64,000 nt of DNA from Candidatus Multivoradales bacterium (lineage in GTDB: Bacteria > Acidobacteriota > Thermoanaerobaculia > Multivoradales > JAHEKO01): assembly GCA_965223155.1 (NCBI GenBank), contig CBDCVR010000015.1, positions 768,001 to 832,000 on the forward strand, read 5' to 3'. Shown here piece after piece: positions 10,761 through 21,308 of the stretch (position 1 is the stretch's first letter; each line of letters begins with the position of its first letter). The notes under the pieces are model-generated. The model was not told the DNA's origin, made no database searches, and worked only from the letters and a program-made list of their open reading frames with translations. A program made the position numbers and the translations under genes.

Positions 10761-12176
10761 GTGGGCAAGAACTTTCGCTTCTACGAGCAAGTCAATCGGA
10801 CTTTCGACCGCGCCGCCGCGCTGACCAAGCACGACCCCCGGATGCTGGACCAGATCCGGGAGTGCAACTCCGTGTATCACTTCACCTTCCCGGTCAAGCG
10901 CGACGACGGCTCGATCGAGGTCGTCCACGGCTGGCGCGCTGAGCACAGCCACCACAAGCTGCCCACCAAGGGCGGCATCCGCTTCAGCTACATGGTGAGC
11001 GAAGACGAGGTCAAGGCGCTCTCGGCGCTCATGACCTACAAGTGCGCCATCGTGGAGGCTCCCTTCGGCGGCGCCAAGGGAGGCATCAAGATCGCCGCTC
11101 ACGAGTACTCGGAAGGCGAGCTCGAGCGCATCACCCGCCGCTACACCTATGAGCTCAACAAGAAGAACTTCATCGGCCCCGGCGTCGACGTGCCCGCGCC
11201 CGACTACGGCACCGGCGCCCGCGAGATGGCCTGGATCGCTGACACCTATACCTCGATGTCGAAGGGCGAGCTCAACGCCCTGGCCTGCGTCACCGGCAAG
11301 CCCATCGCCCAGGGCGGCATTCGGGGACGGGAACAGGCGACCGGACGCGGCGTTTTTTTTGGCGTGCGCGAGGCCTGCGACGACGAGGAGCTGATGAAGA
11401 GCCTGGGACTCGCCCAGGGCATCGAAGGCAAGCGGGTCGTCATCCAGGGGCTGGGCAATGTCGGCTACTGGGCGGCGCGGATCTTTCAGGACGCGGGAGC
11501 CATCCTGGTGGGCCTGGCCGAGTACGAGGGCGCAGTCGCCAGCCCGGACGGAATGGACGTGGACGAAGTGGTGGCGCATCGCAAGGCTACCGGGTCGATC
11601 CTGGGATTTGCCGGCGCCACCGATATTCCCAACTCGGCCGAGGCGCTGGAGCTCGAGTGCGACGTCCTGATCCCGGCGGCACTGGAGAACCAGATCACTG
11701 CCGACAACGCGCCCCGGCTCGGCGCCAGGATCGTGGCCGAGGCCGCCAACGGTCCGACCTCGGCCAGCGCCGATGAGATCCTGGGCGAGCGCGGCATCGT
11801 CGTCCTGCCCGATACCTACTTGAACGCCGGCGGTGTGACCGTCTCCTATTTCGAGTGGGTCAAGAACCTCTCGCACCTGCGCTTCGGGCGCATGCAGAAG
11901 CGGTTTGAGGAAGGTGCCTTCCAGCGCCTGGTGGGAGCGCTCGAGGAAACCACGGGCAAGGCCTTCTCGATGGAAGAGCGCACGCTTCTGACCCGCGGCG
12001 CCGGTGAAGAGGATCTCGTCAACTCGGGCCTCGAGGAGACCATGGCCCTCGCCTACCAGAACATCCGGACGACCCAGACCGTCTACGACGGCAAGGCCGA
12101 CATGCGGGCGGCGGCGTTCATCACCGCCATCGACCGGATCGCCCTCTGCTACGAGGACCTGGGCTTCTTTCCCTAG
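10761..12176 (+). CDS. gdhA: Glutamate dehydrogenase (Glu/Leu/Phe/Val dehydrogenase family)
   Basis: PTKGGIRF, MTYKCA, PFGGAKGG, DVPAPD, GLGNVG, EAANGP and NAGGVTVSYFEW motifs. Confidence 0.93.
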   Translation: MGKNFRFYEQVNRTFDRAAALTKHDPRMLDQIRECNSVYHFTFPVKRDDGSIEVVHGWRAEHSHHKLPTKGGIRFSYMVSEDEVKALSALMTYKCAIVEAPFGGAKGGIKIAAHEYSEGELERITRRYTYELNKKNFIGPGVDVPAPDYGTGAREMAWIADTYTSMSKGELNALACVTGKPIAQGGIRGREQATGRGVFFGVREACDDEELMKSLGLAQGIEGKRVVIQGLGNVGYWAARIFQDAGAILVGLAEYEGAVASPDGMDVDEVVAHRKATGSILGFAGATDIPNSAEALELECDVLIPAALENQITADNAPRLGARIVAEAANGPTSASADEILGERGIVVLPDTYLNAGGVTVSYFEWVKNLSHLRFGRMQKRFEEGAFQRLVGALEETTGKAFSMEERTLLTRGAGEEDLVNSGLEETMALAYQNIRTTQTVYDGKADMRAAAFITAIDRIALCYEDLGFFP

Positions 12177-13273
12177 GCACTGGACGCCAGCCGCACCGGC
12201 CGCCGCCGGGCGCCCCAGTCTCCGGGCTCGGCCTCGAAGACGCCCGGAAGGCGCTCGCCGCACTCGGAGCAGTCGCCGGCCGGCCCCAGGCGCCACGCTG
12301 TCAGCTCGTAACCGTCTCGCTCGATGAGCCGGGTGCCACAGCCGCTGCACTCGGTTACGCCGCCGACCAAGTCCCGCACATTGCCGGTATAGACGTAGCG
12401 CAAGCCGTTAACCCGGGCGATCTCGCGCGCCCGGCTTAGCGTTTCGGGCGGCGTCCGGGGCTTGTCCAGCATTTTGAAATCCGGGTGAAACGCGGTGAAG
12501 TGCTGGGGCACGTCGGGCCCTAGCTCGGCGACGATCCAACGGGTCATGGCGTCGATCTCGGCCTCCGAGTCGTTCTCGCTCGGAATCAGAAGCGTCGTCA
12601 GCTCGAGCCACGCCGAGGTCTCGTGCTGCAAGTAGCGGAGCGTGTCGAGCACGGGAGCCAACTCGGCGCCGCAAACATTGCGGTAGAAGCTCTCGCTGAA
12701 CGCCTTGAGATCCACGTTGGCGGCGTCCATCGCGGCGAAGAGCTCGGCCCGGGGCTCCGGGCAGATCTCGCCCGCGGTAACCGCCACCGTTGCAATGCCT
12801 AGCTCCCGGCACGCGGCGGCGACATCGACCGCGTACTCGAGAAAGATGACCGGGTCGTTGTAGGTGAAGGCCACCGAGCGGCAGCCATGCTCGAGTGCGG
12901 CGGCGGCGATCGTCGCGGGCTCGGCCCGGTCAGCCAGGGTGTGGATCTCGCGTGACTTCGAGATGTCCCAGTTCTGGCAGAATTTGCAGAAGAGATTGCA
13001 GCCGGCGGTGCCGAAGGACAGCACCGGCGTTCCAGGCAGGAAGTGATTGAGCGGCTTCTTCTCGATGGGATCGACGCAAAAGCCGCTCGACCGGCCCCAA
13101 GTCGTCAAGACAACTTCGTCGTCCAAACGGCCGCGCACGAAGCACAAGCCGCGCTGGCCCTCGCGCAGCTTGCAGAAGCGCGGGCAAAGATCGCATTGCA
13201 GGCGGCCATCGTCGAGATGGCGCCAGTACCGGGTCGAAACGACGCTCTCGTCGCGGGAGATGTCTAGGTCCAT
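12173..13273 (-). CDS. amrS: AmmeMemoRadiSam system radical SAM enzyme
   Basis: QCDLCPRFC, DPIEKKPLNHF, GCNLFCKFCQNWDIS and AFTYNDP motifs. Confidence 0.9.
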   Translation of the reverse strand: MDLDISRDESVVSTRYWRHLDDGRLQCDLCPRFCKLREGQRGLCFVRGRLDDEVVLTTWGRSSGFCVDPIEKKPLNHFLPGTPVLSFGTAGCNLFCKFCQNWDISKSREIHTLADRAEPATIAAAALEHGCRSVAFTYNDPVIFLEYAVDVAAACRELGIATVAVTAGEICPEPRAELFAAMDAANVDLKAFSESFYRNVCGAELAPVLDTLRYLQHETSAWLELTTLLIPSENDSEAEIDAMTRWIVAELGPDVPQHFTAFHPDFKMLDKPRTPPETLSRAREIARVNGLRYVYTGNVRDLVGGVTECSGCGTRLIERDGYELTAWRLGPAGDCSECGERLPGVFEAEPGDWGARRRPVRLASSA

Positions 13274-13410
13274 GACATGGAGCCTCCGGCCGCCTGGAAG
13301 CCGGCGCTACTCGAACCCGAACCATCCGACTGGGTCGGACTCGGCACTAGAAACAACGGCGCCTAGAAACCGCGAATTCCTCATCTGCCTCAAAGAGGGG
13401 ACCCGACCCC

Positions 13411-13446
13411 AAAGTGAAGAGGCGCGGGGCCGGAGCCCCGCGCCTC
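13411..13446 (-). terminator. Intrinsic terminator after the S8 protease
   Basis: 12-bp stem GAGGCGCGGGGC/GCCCCGCGCCTC followed by TTCACTTT on the minus strand. Confidence 0.7.
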
Positions 13447-13468
13447 AGATTCGGAAACTACGACTCGG

Positions 13469-14806
13469 CTACTGAACCGCGTTAGCAGCGTTGACCCGAC
13501 CCTTGCCGTAGAAGGGGTCGTTGCCTTTCTTGCCGAGATCGTCGGCCGACTGCTGCAGCTTGCTCTTGAGCTGACCCGCGTTGTAGCCACCACCGGCCAG
13601 AGAATCGATGAGCGCGGCGACGCCCGAGGCGTGCGGCGCGGCCATGCTGGTTCCCTGGAGGAACAGGTAGTTCGTCGGACCGCAGGTAAACGGCAGCACG
13701 AGCGAGAACGTCGAGCAGGGCGCCAGCACCGTGGAAGCGAAGACGTCGCCGTCAAAGTTCCCACCGGGCGCCGCAACACCCAGTACGGAAGATCCGTAGT
13801 TCGAGTATCCCGCGAGCTCATCGGTCGGTCCCGTCGCCGAAACGGCAAGGGTGGCACCGTTCTCGGCCGGCGTCAGGATCGAGTTGCCGTTGTGGTCGCC
13901 GTCGATACCATCGTTGCCCGCCGAAGAAACCACGAGCACGCCCTTCGAATTGGCGTAGTTCACAGCCTTATTGACCGCCGCAACCAACTCGCCAGCTCCT
14001 TCGAGGTTCTTCGGGATTCCGCCCCGAACGCCGAGGCTCATGTTGATGATGTCGGCGCCGTTGTCGGCCGCGTGCATGATGCCGGCGATGATCGCGGAAA
14101 ACGTGCCCGAGCCATTGACATTCAGCACTTTGACACCCATCAGGGTCACGTTGGGCGCCACGCAAGCGGTCCCCAGGGCGTTGCACGCGATGGTGCCCGC
14201 CACGTGCGTACCGTGATACCTGAGATCGGCAATCGGATGAGCCCCCGGAAAGAAGATGCTGATCAGGAAATCATCGAACGGCTGAAACGAGACGCTTCGG
14301 GCCAGATCCACCTTGCCCACCAGATCCTGGTGGGTGTAGTCGATGCCGGTATCCAGGACCGCAACCGTCACATTGGGATCGCCCAGCTCGACAGCCCAGG
14401 CACCCGCAGCGTCGATCTGCATCATGTTCCACTGGAACGGGTAGAAAAACGCCGTCGTCGGGTCGGTGACCGCCGCGGCGGTAAACGAAGCCTCGGCCAT
14501 CGAGCCGACCTCGCCTGGGACCCACTGCATCTCGTAATCCCGGGTCACCTGCTCGACACCCTGTGCGCCAGAAAGATTCGCCGCAAAACCAGCACTCGCC
14601 GAAGCGGCCACCGCGTAGCCGATCGCGTCGTGTGAGCGCACGATCTCACCGCCCGCGGCCTCGACGAGGCTCGCCAAGTTCCCGGACGTTCCATCGAACT
14701 TGATCACGAAGTGATCGGTGGCAACCGCCGCCTGGGCGCCTGACGGCACCGCCAGAACGCACACAGCCAGGCCAAGCGCCAAGATTCCTAGAGTCCTCTT
14801 CTTCAT
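13469..14806 (-). CDS. Secreted subtilisin-like S8 serine protease with propeptide
   Basis: Catalytic triad VLDTG / HGTHVAG / GTSMAAPH; signal peptide MKKRTLGILAL; GAAGGAGG RBS before ATG 14806. Confidence 0.95.
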   Translation of the reverse strand: MKKRTLGILALGLAVCVLAVPSGAQAAVATDHFVIKFDGTSGNLASLVEAAGGEIVRSHDAIGYAVAASASAGFAANLSGAQGVEQVTRDYEMQWVPGEVGSMAEASFTAAAVTDPTTAFFYPFQWNMMQIDAAGAWAVELGDPNVTVAVLDTGIDYTHQDLVGKVDLARSVSFQPFDDFLISIFFPGAHPIADLRYHGTHVAGTIACNALGTACVAPNVTLMGVKVLNVNGSGTFSAIIAGIMHAADNGADIINMSLGVRGGIPKNLEGAGELVAAVNKAVNYANSKGVLVVSSAGNDGIDGDHNGNSILTPAENGATLAVSATGPTDELAGYSNYGSSVLGVAAPGGNFDGDVFASTVLAPCSTFSLVLPFTCGPTNYLFLQGTSMAAPHASGVAALIDSLAGGGYNAGQLKSKLQQSADDLGKKGNDPFYGKGRVNAANAVQ

Positions 14807-14898
14807 TGAACCTCCTTCATGGTTCCCGGCCCAGCCGCTCCCGCGCGGACCGTGATTCGCCAAAAAACCAGCTTATCGTACGCGACAGTAGGCCCTGC

Positions 14899-17800
14899 CT
14901 AGCCGCCGTTCACGAACGTAACCCAGTCCAGCATGGCCTCGTTCGAGCAGCCGAACTTGGTGTGTCCCTGACCCAGACCCTGGGCCTCGATGATCTGCTC
15001 GCACGAGCAGCCGGCGGTGTCTTCGATCGAAAAGCCGAGACCGGTTCCGTTGCCATTCGGCAAGACCGTGTCGAAGATCCCATCGCCGTCGGTCAGAGCC
15101 CAACGATTGATGCCAAGCCCATCGGTGGGCACGCCCTCCGGCAGTATTGTGCCCGGACAGACGTCCAGATCGTCGGTGACGCCGTCCTGGTCGCTGTCTT
15201 TCGCCAGGTAGAGAACGAAGCCGTCGTGGTCCGAAGACCGCAGCTCGGTGCCGCCGTCGTTGATCAGATCCACGGCGGCGTCGGCGTTGCCCCGTCCATA
15301 CAGGAAACCGCGCACCACCGGATCGGTACCGGCGCTGGTCAGAGCGTGATCCAGCACCTGCGCGTTGCCCCTGAAGATGAACGAGTACCGTTCCTCTGAC
15401 GCCACAGAGAGCACTTGCTTGGTCAAGTCGGGGTTCACCAGATCGGCGCACGGGTTGGTGTCGCAGACCAGGTTGTCGGCCGGCACGAACGAGCCGGCGA
15501 CGTGGCCGACCAGATCGACGTAGCCGTCGGTGAACTCGAAACCGTTGAAGTCGCCCACCACCATGAGCGGCGTGTCGGCATCGGCGGTCTGGAGGCCCTG
15601 AACGATCGTCGCTACCGATTCGGCCTGCTCCAGGCGCTTCTGGCGCACCCTGGGGCCGTCGGTCGCATCGTCGATGCCGCCAAGCGAGCGCATGTGGACG
15701 TTGAGCACCCGAACCGGCTGGCCAGGCAGGCCGGCGGCGACACAGCGGCCCTCGAGGAGCAGCGGCGGCCGATCGTGGAGTAGCGAGTTGTCGTACGTCA
15801 GAAGCTCCGCCGCAGCGAGCTGAGTGACGGCGTCCACCACCACCGTGTCGCGCACCAGAAATCCAACGTCGATGCCGCCGACGTCGTTGCCCTCGGCCAG
15901 CTCGGCGCTGTAGACAACGGCCGGATCCACAAGCGCGATCTCGGCCGCCAGGTCTTCGAGCACGCCGAGCTTTTCGGCCTCCTGGACCGCCAGAACGTCC
16001 GGCGCGTCCAGGACGCCCAGGATGTAGCCGGCGAACTTGGTCAGGCGCCGCTGATACTCGGCGGCCGAGACCACCTGCTCGCCCCCGTCGTCGGTGTCGT
16101 CAAAGAGCCGGAAGAGATTGAGCGAGCCGACCGTCATCTCACCGTCGCCGCGTGGATCCACGGGCACCGGCAAGACCGCTTCGACCACGGAAAAATCCGT
16201 CGGCCACAGCTCGTAGCCTCCGAACTCGAAGCCCAGAACGCCGGTAGCGCTGAACGACGAGCCAGCCGGGATCGTCTGATTGGCCAGCCCCATCTTGTCC
16301 GGATCGAGCTCGAAGATCTCGGGGTTGCCGTCCCAGACCGGGAAGCCGGCCAGGCCCGGGTACTCGATGCCAGGCTCGCGAAACGTTCGAGCCGGCGCCG
16401 CGGTGATGAAGACCTCGGCGATCGGGTCGGGGTTGAATCGCTGGTTGGGACCGGTCACGGTGCCCGCAGCGATTTCGATCAGCATGCCCTCGTAGCACTC
16501 ATACTCGATGGCGCAGCTCGAGGCCGTGGGATCGGGCGAGGGCACGGTCGCGTCAAAGACGACCGCAGCCGGCATCGGCTCGGCGCCGCCCCCGATCTCG
16601 ACCAGCGAACCACCGGCGAACTCGGTCAGGTTGAAGAACTCATCGACGACGCCGGTCACGGTCACGGTGTCGCCGACCGCGACCGTCGGTGCCGCGCCGG
16701 TAAAGACGATGATGCCGTCCGAGGTGTCGACCGAACCGTCGCTGCGCGAGGTCGGCGTCTGGATAGCGAAGCGGTCCGGACCGACCGCGGTCACCACGTT
16801 GTCCTCGGTCCGAACGGTCTGACCGTCGAGGGCCGAGGCCGAGCCCGAGCCCTGGATGTCGTAGATCTCGACCACCGGGGCGAGCGGCGAACAGCCCGAG
16901 GTCAGCGAGGTGTTGGCGCTGCCCGGAGTGATGCAGGCGTTGCCGAGGTCGACGTTGTTCTGATCGGTGTCGCTGCCGTCCGGGAAGCGGCCGATGCCGC
17001 GGTAGTCCTGGCCTGAGGAGCCCGAGTCAAAGAGACCGGCGCCCGAGCCCTCGGTATACGGCGCGCCGGTGTTGCCTTCGTAGCTCACCGTGTCGAGCAC
17101 CGTTCCTCCCAGAACCAGGGCGACCGCGTCGGGGCCGTTCTGGATCAGGTTCGAGCTGGGACTCGCATCCAGATCGCAGTTGGCGACATTCGCGGCGTTG
17201 CCGCAGATGACGAAATGCTCTCCGGCCCCAAGGGTCACGCTCGGCAGAGGAATGGTGTTGTAGACCACCGCGCCGCCGCCCGAGCCGTTGACTAGAACCA
17301 GGTCGATTCCGCTGAGGTCCTGGTCCCCGGTACCGGTGTTGAGGATCTCCACGAACTCGGCCGTGTCGCTACCCGGCTGGTCGTAGTCGATCTCGTTGAT
17401 CACCAGGTTGGGCGGAGCCACCGATGGGCACGAGCTTGTGGCCGTGGTGTTGACCGCGCCCGGGGTGGCGCACACGAACGAAAAGTCCACATTGTTGACG
17501 TCGGTGTCGAGTCCATCCGGAATCCTGGAGATGCTCTTGTTGTCGTTACCGCTCGAGCCCGAGTCGAAGAGCCCGGCGCCCGAGCCCTCCGTATACGGAG
17601 CTCCGGTGTCGCCTTCATAGCTCACCGTGTCCAGTATCGAGCCCGCTGACGTGAGCGCCACGGCGTCGGGACCGCCGTTCTGAATCGAGTTGAGGACCGC
17701 CAGGTCGCAATTGATGACTGTCGCGGCATCGCTACAGACGACGTAGTACTCGCCCGGAGCCAAGGTCACGCCCGGCAAGGCGACCGATTGGTAGATCGAG

Positions 17801-19173
17801 GCGCCGCCGCCGGTGCCGTTGACGAGTTCGAGAGTGACGCCGGAAAGACTCACGTCAACCGCGTCGTTGTTGCGGATCTCGACAAACTCGGCGGTGTCGA
17901 AGCTGGGCTGGTCATAGTCGATCTCGTTGATGACCAGCGCGCCGCCGCCCGGACCACCGCCACAAGCGTTGGCGGCACCCGGCGTGTCGTCGCCGCCGGA
18001 CGGGTCAAAGGCGCCGATCTCGAAGCCGCTTGGGCACTCGTAGACGTGGGCCGGCACAAAGCTTCCGTCCGGACCGACGGAATCGGCACAGTAGGTCAAG
18101 TCGCCCGAGCCAACGGTTTCGATCAGGGCCACGCAATCCACGATCTCGGACCACGGAGTGGTGTCGAACGACCCGTCGTCGTTGGTGTCCAGATCGCTGC
18201 CGTTGGCGCCGGTGAAATCCCGAACCACCAGATGGGTGACGTTGTCCGAGTTCTCAAAGTCGAGCGAAGTCGTCAAATCTGCGGTGCCGATCGTGAACGT
18301 GCTTTCAGCGGCCACGAAGAAGCCGCCCGCGGGAACCGCCGAACCGGTCAGATCCACGACGGCTTCGATGACGCCGCTGCCGCCGGTGCCGTCACCCACC
18401 ACGAGATACGTCAGGCCATCCAGAGGATCGCCGGCGTCGCCGGCAAGCTCGAAGTATTCGTCGTTGTCCGAGCTGGGCTGGTCGATCCGGATCTCGTTGA
18501 TCGAAACCACCACCTGTCCGCACGAGTTGGCCGCACCCGGAGTGTCGTCACCGCCGGACGGGTCGAAGGCGCCGATCTGGAAGCCGCCCGGACAATCCAT
18601 GACATGGGCCGGCACGAAGCTGCCATCGGGACCGACCGAGTCGGCACAGTAGGTCAGGTCCCCCGATCCCACCGTTTCAATCAAGGCTACGCAGTCGAGG
18701 ACCGCCGACCAGGGCGTCGAATCCAGCGTCCCGTCGTCGTTGGTGTCGAGGTCGTTGCCGACGGCGCCAGCGAAGCCATCCACGAGCATGTGGGTGACGT
18801 TGTCCGAGTTCTCGAAGTCGAGCGAGGTCGTGAAATCGGCCGTGCCGATCGTGAACGTCCCCTCGGCCGCGACGAAGAAGCCGCCGCCGGGAACCGCCTG
18901 GCCGGAAAGATCGACCACCGCTTCGACCACACCGCTACCACCGGTGCCGTCGCCGATGACGACATAGCTCATGCCGGTCAAGTCGGTGCCCGGCGAGGCG
19001 GCGAGCTCGAAGTACTCGTCGTTGTCGGTGCTGGGTTGATCGATCCGGATCTCGCTGATCGAGACCTGGGCGGCAAGCGGGCCAGCAGCCAACGCCGCTA
19101 CGGCCGCGAGTCCGAGAACCGTCGTTCCGAAAGAGAGTCGACCCCGTATCTGCTTCAATCCGTCCTCCTTCAC
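14899..19173 (-). CDS. Large secreted ExeM/NucH-like extracellular nuclease (4 lamin-tail-like repeats, OB fold, EEP domain)
   Basis: Signal peptide; repeated (V/L)xI(S/N)EI motifs; IYDIQGSG; LAVQE, GDFN, LDH and SSDHD EEP motifs. Confidence 0.85.
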   Translation of the reverse strand: MKEDGLKQIRGRLSFGTTVLGLAAVAALAAGPLAAQVSISEIRIDQPSTDNDEYFELAASPGTDLTGMSYVVIGDGTGGSGVVEAVVDLSGQAVPGGGFFVAAEGTFTIGTADFTTSLDFENSDNVTHMLVDGFAGAVGNDLDTNDDGTLDSTPWSAVLDCVALIETVGSGDLTYCADSVGPDGSFVPAHVMDCPGGFQIGAFDPSGGDDTPGAANSCGQVVVSINEIRIDQPSSDNDEYFELAGDAGDPLDGLTYLVVGDGTGGSGVIEAVVDLTGSAVPAGGFFVAAESTFTIGTADLTTSLDFENSDNVTHLVVRDFTGANGSDLDTNDDGSFDTTPWSEIVDCVALIETVGSGDLTYCADSVGPDGSFVPAHVYECPSGFEIGAFDPSGGDDTPGAANACGGGPGGGALVINEIDYDQPSFDTAEFVEIRNNDAVDVSLSGVTLELVNGTGGGASIYQSVALPGVTLAPGEYYVVCSDAATVINCDLAVLNSIQNGGPDAVALTSAGSILDTVSYEGDTGAPYTEGSGAGLFDSGSSGNDNKSISRIPDGLDTDVNNVDFSFVCATPGAVNTTATSSCPSVAPPNLVINEIDYDQPGSDTAEFVEILNTGTGDQDLSGIDLVLVNGSGGGAVVYNTIPLPSVTLGAGEHFVICGNAANVANCDLDASPSSNLIQNGPDAVALVLGGTVLDTVSYEGNTGAPYTEGSGAGLFDSGSSGQDYRGIGRFPDGSDTDQNNVDLGNACITPGSANTSLTSGCSPLAPVVEIYDIQGSGSASALDGQTVRTEDNVVTAVGPDRFAIQTPTSRSDGSVDTSDGIIVFTGAAPTVAVGDTVTVTGVVDEFFNLTEFAGGSLVEIGGGAEPMPAAVVFDATVPSPDPTASSCAIEYECYEGMLIEIAAGTVTGPNQRFNPDPIAEVFITAAPARTFREPGIEYPGLAGFPVWDGNPEIFELDPDKMGLANQTIPAGSSFSATGVLGFEFGGYELWPTDFSVVEAVLPVPVDPRGDGEMTVGSLNLFRLFDDTDDGGEQVVSAAEYQRRLTKFAGYILGVLDAPDVLAVQEAEKLGVLEDLAAEIALVDPAVVYSAELAEGNDVGGIDVGFLVRDTVVVDAVTQLAAAELLTYDNSLLHDRPPLLLEGRCVAAGLPGQPVRVLNVHMRSLGGIDDATDGPRVRQKRLEQAESVATIVQGLQTADADTPLMVVGDFNGFEFTDGYVDLVGHVAGSFVPADNLVCDTNPCADLVNPDLTKQVLSVASEERYSFIFRGNAQVLDHALTSAGTDPVVRGFLYGRGNADAAVDLINDGGTELRSSDHDGFVLYLAKDSDQDGVTDDLDVCPGTILPEGVPTDGLGINRWALTDGDGIFDTVLPNGNGTGLGFSIEDTAGCSCEQIIEAQGLGQGHTKFGCSNEAMLDWVTFVNGG
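16890..17937 (-). repeat. Intragenic tandem duplication B (2 x about 520 bp)
   Basis: Both copies begin LVINEIDYDQP and share DTVSYEG(D/N)TGAPYTEGSGAGLFDSGSSG; boundaries are approximate. Confidence 0.85.
17959..19065 (-). repeat. Intragenic tandem duplication A (2 x about 550 bp)
   Basis: Both copies begin VSI(S/N)EIRIDQPS(T/S)DNDEYFELA and end GGDDTPGAAN(S/A)CG. Confidence 0.9.
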
Positions 19174-19344
19174 TGAAGCTCAACTGTGCCGCCGACCCCT
19201 TCTCGACGACATTCATAACGGGCCGGCCGCACCGGCCTCTCACCGGCGTGACGATCGACCCTCTGGAGCGAACCCCGAGACTCTATCGGCCCGGCTCGCC
19301 TGGAGCAAATCGACGCTCATGCATGGGTCCGGCGCTCCGACCGC

Positions 19345-19379
19345 AAAAAAAAGCCGCCGGACTCCGGGTCCGGCGGCTT
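19345..19379 (-). terminator. Intrinsic terminator after tRNA-Asn
   Basis: AAGCCGCCGGAC...GTCCGGCGGCTT stem plus a run of 8 T on the minus strand. Confidence 0.9.
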
Positions 19380-19387
19380 CGGATCGT

Positions 19388-19462
19388 TGGCTCCTGGGGA
19401 GGGATTTGAACCCCCGACCAATCGGTTAACAGCCGACCGCTCTACCACTGAGCTACCCAGGA
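19388..19462 (-). tRNA. tRNA-Asn(GTT)
   Basis: Reverse complement TCCTGGGTAGCTCAGTGGTAGAGCGGTCGGCT-GTT-AACCGATTGGTCGGGGGTTCAAATCCCTCCCCAGGAGCCA; cloverleaf; CCA encoded. Confidence 0.97.
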
Positions 19463-19485
19463 TCGAGTAGGCGCGAGCCGCCGGA

Positions 19486-19515
19486 ATCATAGGAACCGGC
19501 CTCGCGCTTTGTCAA
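19486..19515 (-). promoter_or_regulatory. Sigma70-type promoter for tRNA-Asn
   Basis: TTGACA-N18-TATGAT followed by a GC-rich discriminator. Confidence 0.7.
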
Positions 19516-19521
19516 TTTCGT

Positions 19522-21231
<1,710 letters not shown>

Positions 21232-21308
21232 ACTAGATCTCCAGGTGATAATCGGGCAAGTGCGTATCGGGGGGGACGGGACAGCGCTGCCGCCGGGCCA
21301 GGGCCCGA

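Noticed and set aside
13469-19462. tRNA-anchored integrative element at tRNA-Asn (or at the CAT tRNA)
   Set aside because: No integrase and no duplicated tRNA 3' end was found by eye
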